DNA from: Sphyrna mokarran
Lineage: Eukaryota
Assembly (NCBI GenBank): GCA_024679065.1
Contig: JAGIQG010000011.1
Location: 73,594,001-73,658,000 of the forward strand
DNA: 64,000 bases
Direction: 5' to 3'
Program-made: the position numbers and the translations under genes
The notes under the pieces: generated by a model
What the model was told of the DNA's origin: nothing
The model's database searches: none
The model's input: the letters and a program-made list of their open reading frames with translations, nothing else
Shown here: positions 11,656-23,249 of the stretch, piece after piece
Numbering within the stretch: the first letter of the stretch is position 1
Layout: every line of letters begins with the position of its first letter

Positions 11656-12179
11656 AGATATGAACTCAAAATCCACATTTTGGAGGGGTAAAAAAAGCAC
11701 AGCTATAACTGTCTGAATGAAAGCAAAGAAATGAATCAAAGTGCTGTGGAAAAGTGGAGGGATCATGGGTGTACTGATTCACAGGACATTAAAGGCCTTA
11801 GACTGACAAGGCCTTTAAAAAGTGTCAAAGCTGTGATTTTATCTCAAGAGGTAGAGTAATGTAGAAACTAAGAGATGTAATTAACATGTAGATATATATA
11901 TAAAGTCACAACAAAGTATGTAGTTAAGGAAGAAATTTGCATTTCTACAATGCTTATTGTGATCTCAAAGTGTTGTTCCTCAAGCTATAAGCCTCTGGTG
12001 ACAGGCTGGTGACCTTTTCCAGAAAATATAGCTATGAAATCAGACAAAAGTCTGTCTTGAGCATCACCAGGTACAGGAAGAGAAATAATAACACTCCTGA
12101 CCTCAGGACATCCCAAAACTCATAAAATACTGTGTGCATTATTACTTCCCAAACTATAGGATTTATAGTGAATATTCAG

Positions 12180-12470
12180 AAAGATTATACAAAACGAGTT
12201 GACTGGGATGCTTCCCAGAATCAGAAGAAATGCATGTGGAGAATGTTCGTAACATCATAGTTTTTCTCATTATGGAGATGCAGATTACAGAAAGGTATGA
12301 TAGAAGTATTCAAAGCTATGAAAGAACAGAAAACAGAATGGAATGGAAACAGGCTGTTCCAATTATTTAAAGGGTCCAGAACAAGGGGCCATAGATACTA
12401 GATTAAAAAGAAGTGATGAACAAATAAGACAACCAAAGAAATTTCTTTATATGCAAAGTCGTAATGCAGT
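12180..12470 (+). mobile_element. Highly decayed CR1 3' fragment
   Basis: tgatagaagtattcaaagctatgaaa..ccagaacaaggggccatagata resembles the CR1 ORF2 end. Confidence 0.55.
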
Positions 12471-12489
12471 GTCACTGATCTCACCATCG

Positions 12490-13330
12490 CCTCAAGATCA
12501 GTCCATGCCCTCTCCAATAGTTCGATGGTTCGGCTCGTGTTGGGACTGAGGAATTTGGCTTTGTCAATGGCAACCCCCTCAATCTGAGATCTCTCCTTAC
12601 GATTGCGAGCTTGTCCTGCATAAAAATAGAGGGAAAGAGGGTGAGCAGGACACATGCCAGGGCAAATGCTAAGGATGCTCACCTTGTGTGGTTGCTGAGT
12701 GGAGCCATGGACAGGATGAGGATGTGGGTTCAAGAGAATATAAAACCTGATGGGGATGTACATGAATGGTGCACGCATGAGAGAGTGAGTGGTCACGTCT
12801 TTTGAGATGGCAGCAAATGAGATGCCAGTGAATGTCTGATGGGTTGGTGAGTGTGTGACCTGACATAACCTGAGTTTATTCATCCTCTTTCTGCACTTGA
12901 TGACTGACCTCCTCTTTACAGCATTAACACTGACTGTCTCTGCCAAAGTAGTAATGTTGGTGGACTTCCACTGGCCAAGAAGTGATAGAGGACATCGTGG
13001 TCAGCCTTCATGCCATCCAACAGGTGGCCCAGGGAGGCATTACTGAACATGGGGGCTGCTGTCATCCTGGTTTCTAGGACTGTGCCTTCAGTAAAACAGA
13101 GTCCTGTGCTACATGCTGCTATGTGTGGCTACTCTTTAAATATGGTGCCCAGAGTGAGGTACAAGTGAGTATAAAGTGGAACAGGAAAATTCGAGGCCCG
13201 TGGTTCGATATATCTCTCATGTGTCCATATTGAATGAGCTGGGTAATGGTTGATATGGCATTAAAACCTGTCATTGAGATCAGCGAGAAAAATGCTATTG
13301 TTCATGCCCGCCACTGCACTTAGAGCATGG
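12490..13330 (-). mobile_element. PIF/Harbinger relic: spliced Myb/SANT-like accessory gene
   Basis: Exon 1 AETVSVNAVKRRSVIKCRKRMNKL; intron ~12859-12616 (GT..pyrimidine tract..tgcAG); exon 2 DKLA/NRKERSQ with a frameshift. Confidence 0.75.
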
Positions 13331-14319
13331 ATGTGGATATTACTAACAAAGCTTGCATTTATTGTCAATGCCTTGTTGCTTCTGAGAAGGTTGTGGTGGA
13401 GTTTCTTAGAGAATCTGCTACAATTTGTATTGGCAAGGTACAGTTAGAGTGCCATTCAGGTAGAGAGTTTCACAGTGGGGTCTGAGTGGCGACGAAGGAA
13501 CTGTGCTATATGAGAATATAAATCCAGTTGCCATTAATGCACAGAAAAGAATTCTACAGCCTTCGGCTGAAGATGAATTCTATTACATTCCAGCACCATG
13601 AGGACGAGAAAAAAAGCATTAGTTTCGTCATTAGAAGATGTGAAAGGAAATTCAGAGTACCGAATGCTTAAGGCCTAATTAACAAAATGATCTCCAGAAT
13701 GATATTTTAATTCAAGTAAAGAGTTTTCAATTACTATCTCAATAATGCATCGTGTGACATATTAACTCTAATTAATTAAACCCAGCATGGCACAACACAA
13801 AGGATGTGGAAATAAAGCATGTGCAATAAAGAATACTTTGTTTAATTACACAAATTTATTCTGCACCACTTGCACACTCAAATCCTAATTGGTGAAATAA
13901 TTACGTGAAGTGAAATGTTCAGAAAACGATATTTCATTGCAGTGGAGAACCTGTTGCTGAGGGCAATTGGACTGATTTGGATGGAATCAACTTTATTATT
14001 CAATATTGCAAATGTGGTTGAAATATATGCAACTCCTCAACTGCTCTGGCTGATCTCACTAGCATATCTAGTTTGGGCCCTCTCTTTCCAGGAAACATGC
14101 TTGTTTCAATTTATTAAAAATGGACAAATTCAAGTGAGTCACATATTTGTTCCATCATATTTTAAGTAAAAGTTGAATCTTCTTGAAATTCCACCACTAT
14201 TAAAATAGTTGCACAGTTTCCAAGCTAAGATTTACTTTGCTCATCTTTATGTATTTCTCACATGTCCCCAAGTCCCTTATGCCACGTATAATCCGAGGGG
14301 AAATTGTGGTCAGACATCC

Positions 14320-15165
14320 TGGCCAGATTTCTCCCATCCTATCTGCCACTGGAATTTTAGCGGGTGGGTTGCGGAAGATGTGAAACGTCACTGATGGTAG
14401 GACAGGAACTTTCTTTTTTTAGACCAGCGCAGCTGGAGAATGCCATTATTGTTACTTATTTAGACAATAGGATGTATGTGAGACGTGTCTATAGAGGCTC
14501 ACTAATCCATCAATCTTCCTGTGAAGAAGAACACCTCAGTCACTGTGGACCATGCCATGGACCATCTTTTTCTTCTCACTGTTCTGGACTCAACCAGAAG
14601 CCTGCACTGTGTAGGAAATAGTCAGTTGACCATGGCATTTCCTGAGTTGGCCAGTTAAAAGCCAGAGATATACTGCCTGATATTAGGATGGCATGCTGGC
14701 TGTGGATGTTGGAGGGGCAATTGGAGGCCTTTCATCACTGATGAAGCATTAGGCAGTCTTCGCAACCATAAACAAGAAGGAATGCCTCAAGGTAAAATTA
14801 CCTTCTCTCCAACTATTTTTAACTTTATTTTTAAAAATGGCTCCAGCAACAAGGCCACAATCATGGAGGTTGAGCATTTTCACCAAGGTCCAGCTGCACC
14901 AGGCAACAGACAGAGTTTCTTAATCCTGCCTTGGCCACTGGCTCTTGCCAGTGGGAGGCCACTTAGAGGGAGCCTTTAAGGACTTGGAGGATGACCAGAA
15001 ACTTCCAGATGGCCTCCAACCCTAGGCCTTTAATAGGTGTTCAACAAACTGAATTGGTCACCAGTTGCTCCATCACGTAACAGCCCATCCCATCCTATTT
15101 TTGGACAAGTTGGAGTTGAGGAAGTGCATATCATTATCATGCAAATTTAGCCCCAACTTCAGCCC
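14320..15165. mobile_element. GC-richer non-autonomous DNA transposon relics (Harbinger/MITE-like)
   Basis: Composition shift and ggccagatttctc-type start; exact ends unresolved. Confidence 0.4.
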
Positions 15166-15222
15166 CCAGAAAGAATCTGTCAAAAAATAATGTGCCTTTC
15201 CAATGTTGACCAAATTTAAACT

Positions 15223-15538
15223 CATAGAATATCAACAATGCAGAAGGAGGCCATTTGGCCCATCAAGCCTACATTGACAACAATCCCACCCAAGCCTTAT
15301 CCCTTTAACCTTATATATTGACCCTGCTAATCCCCTGACACTAATGGACAAATTAGCATGGCCAATTCACTTAACTCACACACCTTTAGATTGTGGGAGG
15401 AAACCAAGCATCCAGAGGAAACCTACACAAACATAGGACGAATGTGGAAACTCCACATAGACAGTGACCCAAGGCGGGAATCAAATCCGGGTGCCTGGCG
15501 CTCTGAGGCAGTAGTGCTAACCACCGTGCCACCATGCC
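15223..15538 (-). mobile_element. HE1 SINE (tail A)
   Basis: catagaat..gcagaaggaggccatt..gtgctaaccaccgtgccaccatgcc. Confidence 0.9.
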
Positions 15539-16070
15539 GACTGAATGTTATGGATATAGCAATATTAATTTATCTGGATATAAAAAATGTTTATGCATAA
15601 TATCAAGCACAGCTGGAGGTAAATATGAGTTAAGTATGTGAGACTGTAATTTAAAGGTGCTTTTTAAGATCTTCATGCAGAAATATTGCTGTTGATGGTG
15701 CAGCCCGCTCTATATTGGTAAGACCAAGCTGGTGACCATTTGCTGAGTACCCTAGTTGTGTCCACAAGTGAGATCTTAAGCTCAAAGCTATGAGATGAAT
15801 TTAAGTCGATAAGTTGACAGGAATATTTATCAAGAGCAAGATGGATCCTTAAGTCCACACCTTAATTCTTGCAGAGGAATCTATCTGGTGTTAACTATTC
15901 AGTTTATATCAAAGGGGTAATTAATGCATAAATTTGGCTTGCTGAGCTGTCTTACATCAATCAATTTGTCTTATACTCCAGCAATTCCCTAGTAGGAGTC
16001 TCACATGCTACTGAATAAATGAATTAAGTAACTCTTTAAAGAAGAAGAGTTCTGTTAAAGAGGGTTAGTA

Positions 16071-16708
16071 CAGTAAGAAGTCTCATAAAATTAGGTTAAA
16101 GTCCAAAACATTTATTTGGTAGCAAAATCCACTAGCTTCCAGAGTGCTGCCCCTTTGACAAGTGAGTGGGCATTCTATTCACAAACAGGACATATAAAGA
16201 CACAAACACAATTTTCAAAATAATGATTGGAATGCGAGTCTTTATAGGTAATCAAGTCTTAAAGGTATACACCATGTCAGTGGAGAGATATTTAAGCACA
16301 GTTTAAAGAGATGTGTATTGTCTCCAGACAAGACAGTTAGTAAGATTTTGCAAGACCAGACAAGTTGTTATGGGGTTATAGATATGGCAGCATGAACCCA
16401 AGATCCCATTGAGGCCGTCCTCATATGTGCAGAAGTTGGCTATCAATCTTTGCTCAGCAAATCTGCGCTGTCGTGTCATGAAGGACGCTTTGGAAAGTGC
16501 TCACTTGATGATCAGAGGCTGAATGCCTGTGACTGCTGAAGTGTTCCCCAACAGGAAGAGAACACTCTTGCCTAGTAATTGTCAAGCGTTGTTCATTCAT
16601 CCAAAAGTTAGTGGTTTTTGCTACCAAATAAACCTGTTTGACTTTAACCTAGTGTTGTGAGACTTCTTACTGTGTTTACCTCAGTCCAACACCGGCATCT
16701 TCACATCA
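16071..16708 (-). mobile_element. Penelope-like element 3' end: GIY-YIG C-terminus, 3' UTR, pLTR and inverted pLTR
   Basis: Minus strand 16602-16375 reads MNEQRLTITRQECSLPVGEHFSSHRHSASD..DLGFMLPYL* (frameshifted); inverted terminal copy 16604-16708; TSD agggttagta on both sides. Confidence 0.9.
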
Positions 16709-16724
16709 GAAGGGTTAGTAGCCA

Positions 16725-17005
16725 GAGAACACAGATTGAAAATAATTGATAAAAGAAAAGGGAAGATTAAATGACTTCAACAAAATGAATGCAGCATGTT
16801 ATGATGACCTGAAATACACTGCCAGAAAGGGTGGTGGCATAGATTTGATAATAATTTTCAACAGGGATATATATATATATATATATATATACTGAAAAAA
16901 ATGAAGAATTTCTATGTTTAAGGGGAAATAGAGGGGTGTAGGCCTCCTTAGCAGGTTCTTCATGATGGATCAATTGGCTTCCCTCTGTTCCATACCATTC
17001 TATGA
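16725..17005 (+). mobile_element. Decayed CR1 3' end with (TA)n at 16868-16891
   Basis: acctgaaatacactgccagaaagggtggtggca..ccattctatga. Confidence 0.65.
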
Positions 17006-17109
17006 AAGTAGATTACAAAATTATGAACTAACAATTGCTTGTCAACCTTAGAATCAAAAGCTGACAGCATTGAAACTAGAAAACTAGGGAAGAAATTTTG
17101 ACAGGCTAG

Positions 17110-17765
17110 ATTTGGGGTCTGAATGGAGAGAGATTGCAGAATGAAGTGATACAGAGCAATCTGGGCACCAGTTAATATGCAGATACAGAAAGTAATTAGG
17201 AAGGGAAATGGAATGTTGTTTATTACAAAGGGAATGTAATATAGGAAGGAAGTTTCACTGTAGCTGTGTTGGGTCTTTATGAAGCCAAATGTGGAGAACT
17301 GTGTATAATTTTAGCTTCTTTTGGAAAAGAATACATTTGTGCTAGAAGCAATTCAGAGAAGGTTCTCTTGATTTATCTGATGGAGAAAGCTGGAACAGCT
17401 TGGGCCTAAAACCATTGAAGTTCAGAAGAACGTGGGTTATTTTATTGAAACATTTAAGATCCTGAGGGAACTTGATAGGATGGATACTAGGTAGATGTTT
17501 CCTCATGTGGGGGAATCTAGAACTATGGGACACATTTTAAGCATAAGAGGTCTCTCTTCGAGTTATTCTGTGGAATTCCCAGCAGTGGAGGCTGTTTAAG
17601 ATAGAGTTTGAGAGACTTTTGAAAGACTAGGTGGTTGAGGATTATGAGGGGTAGACAGGAAGGTGGAGTTGAGACCATGATCAGATCTGCTATGATCTTA
17701 TCAATTGACAAAACAAACTCAAAGGGACAAATAACCTCCTCCTGCTCCTAATTCCTATGTTCCTT
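17110..17765 (+). mobile_element. Decayed CR1 3' fragment
   Basis: attcagagaaggttc.., ggggaatctagaacta.., tail cctgctcctaattcctatgttc. Confidence 0.8.
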
Positions 17766-18257
17766 GGATCTCATATCCAACATTGAGCCCTCGGCCTGTT
17801 TAAATTCATTTGGTTGAGTTTCACTCTTACCTAAACTCCCACAGGCAGCTGCACTGCTGTAAAACCAATATGGAACAACTTCCTCGGCTTAAATGTTATC
17901 TGTTTAAATCTCGGGGGATCTTGTACACTTAAGTGATGTACATACATCTGCCTGTATCTGCCTGACATAAATGTACAATCAAAACTTCTGCAACCACTTC
18001 ATCTTCTATTGGAGATAAATTTTCTGATTTTGTGCAAAGCTTTCTTTCAAATGTATAATTTCTTTTTACTGCTAAAAGAATAAGAGCTAAAAATCAAAGA
18101 ACAGGAGACTGAAAATTGGGGCATGATTTATAGGCCCTCATCAGAGCAATCGTGAAGACAAGCAGTTGGAAAAATTCATGCCATAAACCGGCATGCCAGT
18201 TGCACACTTCAATTCCACACAGAAGAGTATTTTTCCAGGTATTTTTCCAATTGTCAC

Positions 18258-18495
18258 CAGGTGCAGAGGAGATGTCAGGGGTAAGTTTTTCACTCAGAGG
18301 GTGGTGAGTGTGCGGAATCAGCTGCCATTGGTCGAGGTAGAGGTGAATTCGCTGAGGTCTTTTAAGACACTTCTGGATGACTACATGGGTTTTAATGGGA
18401 TTGAGAGTTATAAATAAGCCTGGTAGGTAGGGATATGATTGGCGCAACTTGTGGGCCAAAGGGCCTGTTTGTGCTGTAGTGCTCTATGTTGTATA
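18258..18495 (+). mobile_element. Young CR1 3' end (same subfamily as 39387-40470)
   Basis: Peptide RGDVRGKFFTQRVVS..LLDDYMGFNGIESY. Confidence 0.9.
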
Positions 18496-18964
18496 TTAGC
18501 AAGGATGGGTAACAGGGTTAAATAGGGAAAGTAGCTAAGTAAGCATCTGTAAAACCCATTTAGCAAGGCCAAATCGAATTCTCCATTCAGCTTCTCAGCA
18601 ACTCTGCAACATTGCAGATTCAGCAGCTGCCTGGAGGAGGTCTCTCAATAGCAGACCAAGGAGTTAGTGCCCCATGGCAGACCCTCAGGCTCAGATCCCT
18701 GCCTTATTGCCAACAGCTATAGCTACAGACTCTCTCTCTTTCTAAAACAGTGACCTGGCTGATGAGGACATTTTTAAATCTGAAAAGTTGGATAGCGGCT
18801 GTCTTAAAACAAAGGCACCCAAAAGACCTCCATAATTCCCTGAGCAATCTGAATGACATGCCTTGCAACTTTCAGTATCAGTCACCTCACCTCTCGCTTC
18901 TAGACAGAGACCTTAGGATTTTCAGATCAGTGAAAAACTGGCACCTAATAGAGAACAAGATAAT

Positions 18965-19230
18965 GAGACAGTCATTTTAAAACTGAGCTGCATAGAAATA
19001 TCTTCTCGCAGAGGATGGAATTCTCTGTCCCAAAGGGTGGTGGAGGCTGGATCATTAGAAATATTTAAAGTCAAGATGGATAAATATTTCAGATCGAAGA
19101 ATAGAGGGCTGTGGAGAAATGACACAGAAAAGGAGTTGAGGCTAGAATAGATCAGATCTGATGGCTTGGAATAGCAGGTCTATCTTGAAGGACCTGGTGG
19201 CCTTTTTCTGCTTCTATTTCTTATGTCCTT
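18965..19230 (+). mobile_element. CR1 3' end
   Basis: tggaattctctgtcccaaagggtggtggaggctgga..ctatttcttatg. Confidence 0.8.
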
Positions 19231-19290
19231 TTATAGAGATGAAGGTTAATCACGTCCCCTCCAATTCTTAGGTCTTTACTAACCCTCAGG

Positions 19291-19520
19291 ATGGTGTGGA
19301 GATGCTAGCATTGGACTGGAGTGGGCACAATAAAAAGTCTCATAACACCAGGTTAAAATCCAACAGGTTTATTTAGAATCATGAGCTTTCAGAACACTGT
19401 TCCTTCGTCAAGTGACCCACCTCCTCCACCTGATGAAGGAGCAGCGCTCTGAAAGCTCGTGAGTTCAAATAAACCTATTGGAATTTAACCTAGTGTTGTG
19501 ACACTTCTTACTGTGCCCAG
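19291..19520. mobile_element. Penelope-derived palindrome
   Basis: Inverted arms ~19325-19415 and ~19425-19518. Confidence 0.9.
19425..19463 (+). ncRNA. Minimal type-I hammerhead ribozyme motif (best preserved copy)
   Basis: cac-CTGATGA-a-GGAGC-agc-GCTCT-GAA-AGCT-C-gtg: intact core boxes, stem II, palindromic AGCT in place of helix III, stem I cac/gtg. Confidence 0.75.
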
Positions 19521-20659
19521 CCTAGAGATCACCCACCATTTCAGATCATCTTTGTGCCTACCTTCCTACTCTTCCACAGTGCACAATTTTAACTGAGCAA
19601 TTACCTTTTATATAGCATGGCCCTTTAAAGTGACTTTAAGGGCCACGTTATTGGTGAGAACCCTATTGATCATCCCATTGGGAAAGTGAGCCAATTGACA
19701 GGGGATGACGCATAAGGTGGATCAAAGAGCGACTCACAATTGGAGCCAGGGAGTCTAGTATAGCAGTCACATTGTAATTTATATATATATTTTATTCTTT
19801 ATTTTGCAATAAAACTTACCGTTGATCCAAACCACATTGAGATACCCTCGGTCTATTATGCATTTAAAGGCAATTACATTTTCTCCTTCATCTGCCATAA
19901 AACAGGTCGGATTGTGAATTGTTGGAAGGCAGCAATCCCTCTGATCTGAAATGACAGCTGGGGTCCTTTATCGGGTCACAAGATCTCAATTTCCATATGG
20001 AGTCTATTGCCTGAAAAAAGGTCAGCTACTGGACATTAGATCACTTTTAAAGTGGAGCCGACTGCAGCATCGTCATTAACAGATTGTGAAGGCCATTGAC
20101 CTTCATTCTGAAGCCATTATCATCTCCAACACCAGGCAAAGGCACTCAAAATAGACCATTTCTTTGTATTTATTTCAGATTTTAAGCATTTGCAGTGTGT
20201 TGCTTTATACTCTAGCAATAATTCCTTCAGCTACAGCACATACGCTACACTGCAAAATAAACCAAAAAAACCAAGGATTATTTATGGCAGCCATACAATA
20301 AAATTAGATTCATAAGAGCAGTTTTCTAATTTTAATGCACAAGGCCCATAAAACATAATAGCTTCCAGGTTGGCCAGAGTTGCAAAGCTGCGATACTTCA
20401 GGGTCTGCAGTATATCATTTATGTCCAACTTGTCTCCCTTGTGAGACACATCTGCGGTAGTTTATCCACATTTCAACAATTTTTACTACCAACGTCTACA
20501 TGTTTTATCACATTGTATGAAATAAAGCTATCAGGGGCGATAGTGTTGTCAAAGTATTTTGTTGTCCTCTAGATCAATTCTTTCATCACCATTTCTGATA
20601 TATTTTTGCATAGTTTGCAAAAATTTACCACCCCCCCCACCCCTCACCGAGTACCAAAA

Positions 20660-20995
20660 TACAAGCATGTTAACTAAAGCTGCATTACACTGTGACTGGT
20701 GCTGATGATAAGCAAATTCAAGGAACTGTTACAACAATCACAAAGGCCATAGAGGATCTTCAATAGAACTCCCCATTTACTTCATGATGTACTAGCTGCC
20801 TGAATGAGTGAGCAGAGGCTCACCTATAAGAACCAGTCAGTAGGGGGTTTTTAACCCATAACATTACTCAGACCAGAGATGTAGATCCTAAGGTGAAGAC
20901 TATCTGACTATAGGACACAGGAGCGGACTGTCGTTTTAGTGCACAACAAAGGGTGTTGCTGATGGAAAGCCTACTTTTGGTTGACTTATTTCAGG
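20660..20995 (+). mobile_element. Possible solo LTR
   Basis: TATA-like cctataagaa and terminal ..ttatttCA; 5' end and TSD not resolved. Confidence 0.35.
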
Positions 20996-21731
20996 AATAA
21001 TTGCAGGGTATCTAAAAATCCTCGACTATTATTGAACTGAATATTAACAAATAGAGCTATGGCATTTTCTGCTACTGTCTGTAGCAGGCATAACAGCGAG
21101 AAGGAGGGGAAAATGTCACAGGAGCACGAAGATATGATGACTTCAGTCAGGCTAATGAGCTTGGCTTGTTAGAGTATGAACTACTTGATGAGTCCCGGAC
21201 CCTGGTTTAATGTTTTAAGTTTCCTTTGGACTTTTTTTTTGTTCCACTGTCCCCCCTTCCTTTTCGAGGGCTGTCCCTTTTAATTCGTCCCTAAGTTAAT
21301 TTGAGTTCTTTATTTGCTTGGTACCTTAAAATAACCAGCTGATGAGTCCTAATTGATGGTTAAATCAGGGAGTCTCATGCTCCCTTTTTAAAGCAGGTGT
21401 GTCAGCCTCCAGGGGATTCCCATTCAGCAGGGGAGCAATTGGAAATCTGCCTGCGTAAAGATGTATAATTAAAATAAAGTAACTTGATGATGGAACTTTC
21501 GCCTCTGTGGAATTACTACAGAAGGTCAGTTTTAAGTCGGCATGAAAATAGGTTGTGATCATGCACCCACAATTCAGTGTATCCTGTTATGCCATGTACG
21601 AAATGTCATTTGAATACATTTGAATATCATGCATGTTCATTACGAAGGCTGCTTTCTGGAATTATGCCCCCAATCCAAATCGCAAGGCCATGCCACTCAT
21701 CCCCCACCAGGTCTCTGACTTCACGCGTTCA

Positions 21732-21975
21732 CAGTAAGAAGTCTGACAACATCAGGTTTAAATCCAACCGATTTATTTGATAGTAAACTCTCAAGCTTTC
21801 GACTCTATGGCCTTCGTCAGGCGAATGAGGTGTTCTGGTCTCCAACAGAGACCAATAGATTCCAATAGAGTCGAAAGCTTGCGAGTTTACTATCAAATAA
21901 ATCAGTTGGATTTAAACCTGATGTAGTCAGACTTCTTACTGTGTTTACCCCAATGCAAAGCCAGCATCTCTATTA
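21732..21975. mobile_element. Penelope-derived palindrome, divergent subfamily
   Basis: Near-perfect inverted arms; TSD cacgcgttca (21722-21731) / catgcgttca (21976-21985). Confidence 0.9.
21788..21825 (-). ncRNA. Minimal hammerhead ribozyme motif, variant stems
   Basis: Minus strand tcgc-CTGACGA-a-GGC-cataga-GTC-GAA-AGCT-T-gaga; the other arm reads gcga at 21881. Confidence 0.7.
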
Positions 21976-22154
21976 CATGCGTTCAAACAGGGGGTCATAC
22001 CTTTCCCTGACTGTCTTTCTTGTCAGAGTTGGAAGATGGGTCATCTCCCTTTGGATTTTGTTTTGGCTTGGTTTGTCTTGGGAAGATTTCTAATGCCTGA
22101 TGTATTACCAGTTTGATTTTCAACATCTACTCATCCCAAATGCCAGATGTTGAC

Positions 22155-22278
22155 TCACTGGAGAAAGGAGGAGTGCTCCAAAAGCTCATGATACCAAATA
22201 AACCTGTTGAACTTTAACCTGGTGTTGTGAGACTTCTTACTGTGCCTACCCTAATCCAATGCTGGCATCTCCTCATCA
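22155..22278 (+). mobile_element. Penelope pLTR fragment in the left arm of the palindrome
   Basis: aaagctcatgataccaaataaacctgttg..gctggcatctcctcatca. Confidence 0.85.
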
Positions 22279-22766
22279 CATGTATACTGGAGGGTTTTCT
22301 TTGAGGAATTAAAGTAAGGTTTCTCTAGTTCCTTCTTAATGTGCCTTACGGGATATGTATTAGTAAGATTGTTGTTGATTGTCATCTTTTGGACAATTAT
22401 GCTTTCATTTCCCTTGTTCTCTTTTCGGGTCTTCTGGTGGAGCGTTGCAGAAACTGTGAAAGCAACATCACAAACTCATTTAATTAGACCAGCATGATTC
22501 ACGATCAATGTAAGGGATACACGCCAGGCAAACTGCACTTCACCCGTAACTTGGAGATATCTTCATCAACATTGTGATGTTGCTTTCACAGTTTCTGCGA
22601 CGTTCCACCAGAAGACGTGATAAGAGAACAAAGCAAATGAAAGCATAATTGTTGAAAAGATGACAATCAACAACAATCTTACTAATATATACCCCGTAAG
22701 GCACAATAAGAAGGAACTAGAGAAACATTACTTTCATTCCTCAGAGAAAACCTTTCAGTATACATG

Positions 22767-22890
22767 TGATGAGGAGATGCCAGCATTGGATTGGGGTAGG
22801 CAGAGTAAGAAGTCTCACAACATCAGGTTAAAGTTCCACAGGTTTATTTGGTATCGTGAGCTTTTGGAGTGCTGCTCCTTCCTGAGATGA
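22767..22890 (-). mobile_element. Penelope pLTR fragment in the right arm (mirror copy)
   Basis: Reverse complement of 22155-22278. Confidence 0.85.
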
Positions 22891-23249
22891 GGCAACACCT
22901 GACATTTGGGATAAGTAAATATTGAAAATCAAACTGGTAATGCACCAGGCACTAGAAATCTCCCCAGGACCAACCCAGCCAAAAGGAAGTCCAAAGGGAG
23001 AGGACCAATCTTCCAACTCTGACAAGAACACAATCAGGAAAAGGTATGACTCTCTGTTTGAATGCATGAAGTCAGAGACCTGGTGGGGGATGAGAATTAT
23101 GCACCCCATCAATCTATCAAAATGTCCGTCTACAGTGGCTATCTGTTGGAAGAGTGTAAATTGTGTCTGCCTTCGAAAGGCATGCACCTAGCGAGCTCCT
23201 CTCTGAGGTGAGTGTCAAAATACTGATTTCAATATTAATTACATAATTT

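Larger units (their letters stand above)
21696..23094. repeat. Large genomic inverted duplication (arms ~520 bp, spacer 98 bp)
   Basis: 21696-22473 (minus insert 21732-21975) is the reverse complement of 22572-23094. Confidence 0.95.

Noticed and set aside
12398-12946. 182 aa ORF as a domesticated MSANTD-like gene
   Set aside because: It reads through an intron, exon 2 is frameshifted and similar relics recur in the window.
21339-21380. CTGATGAGTCC as a canonical hammerhead start
   Set aside because: No GGAC-GAAA partner downstream, so it is probably a chance match.
21696-23094. The palindrome as an assembly artefact
   Set aside because: The arms are clearly diverged and differ by a TSD-flanked insertion, which an artefactual mirror copy would not show.
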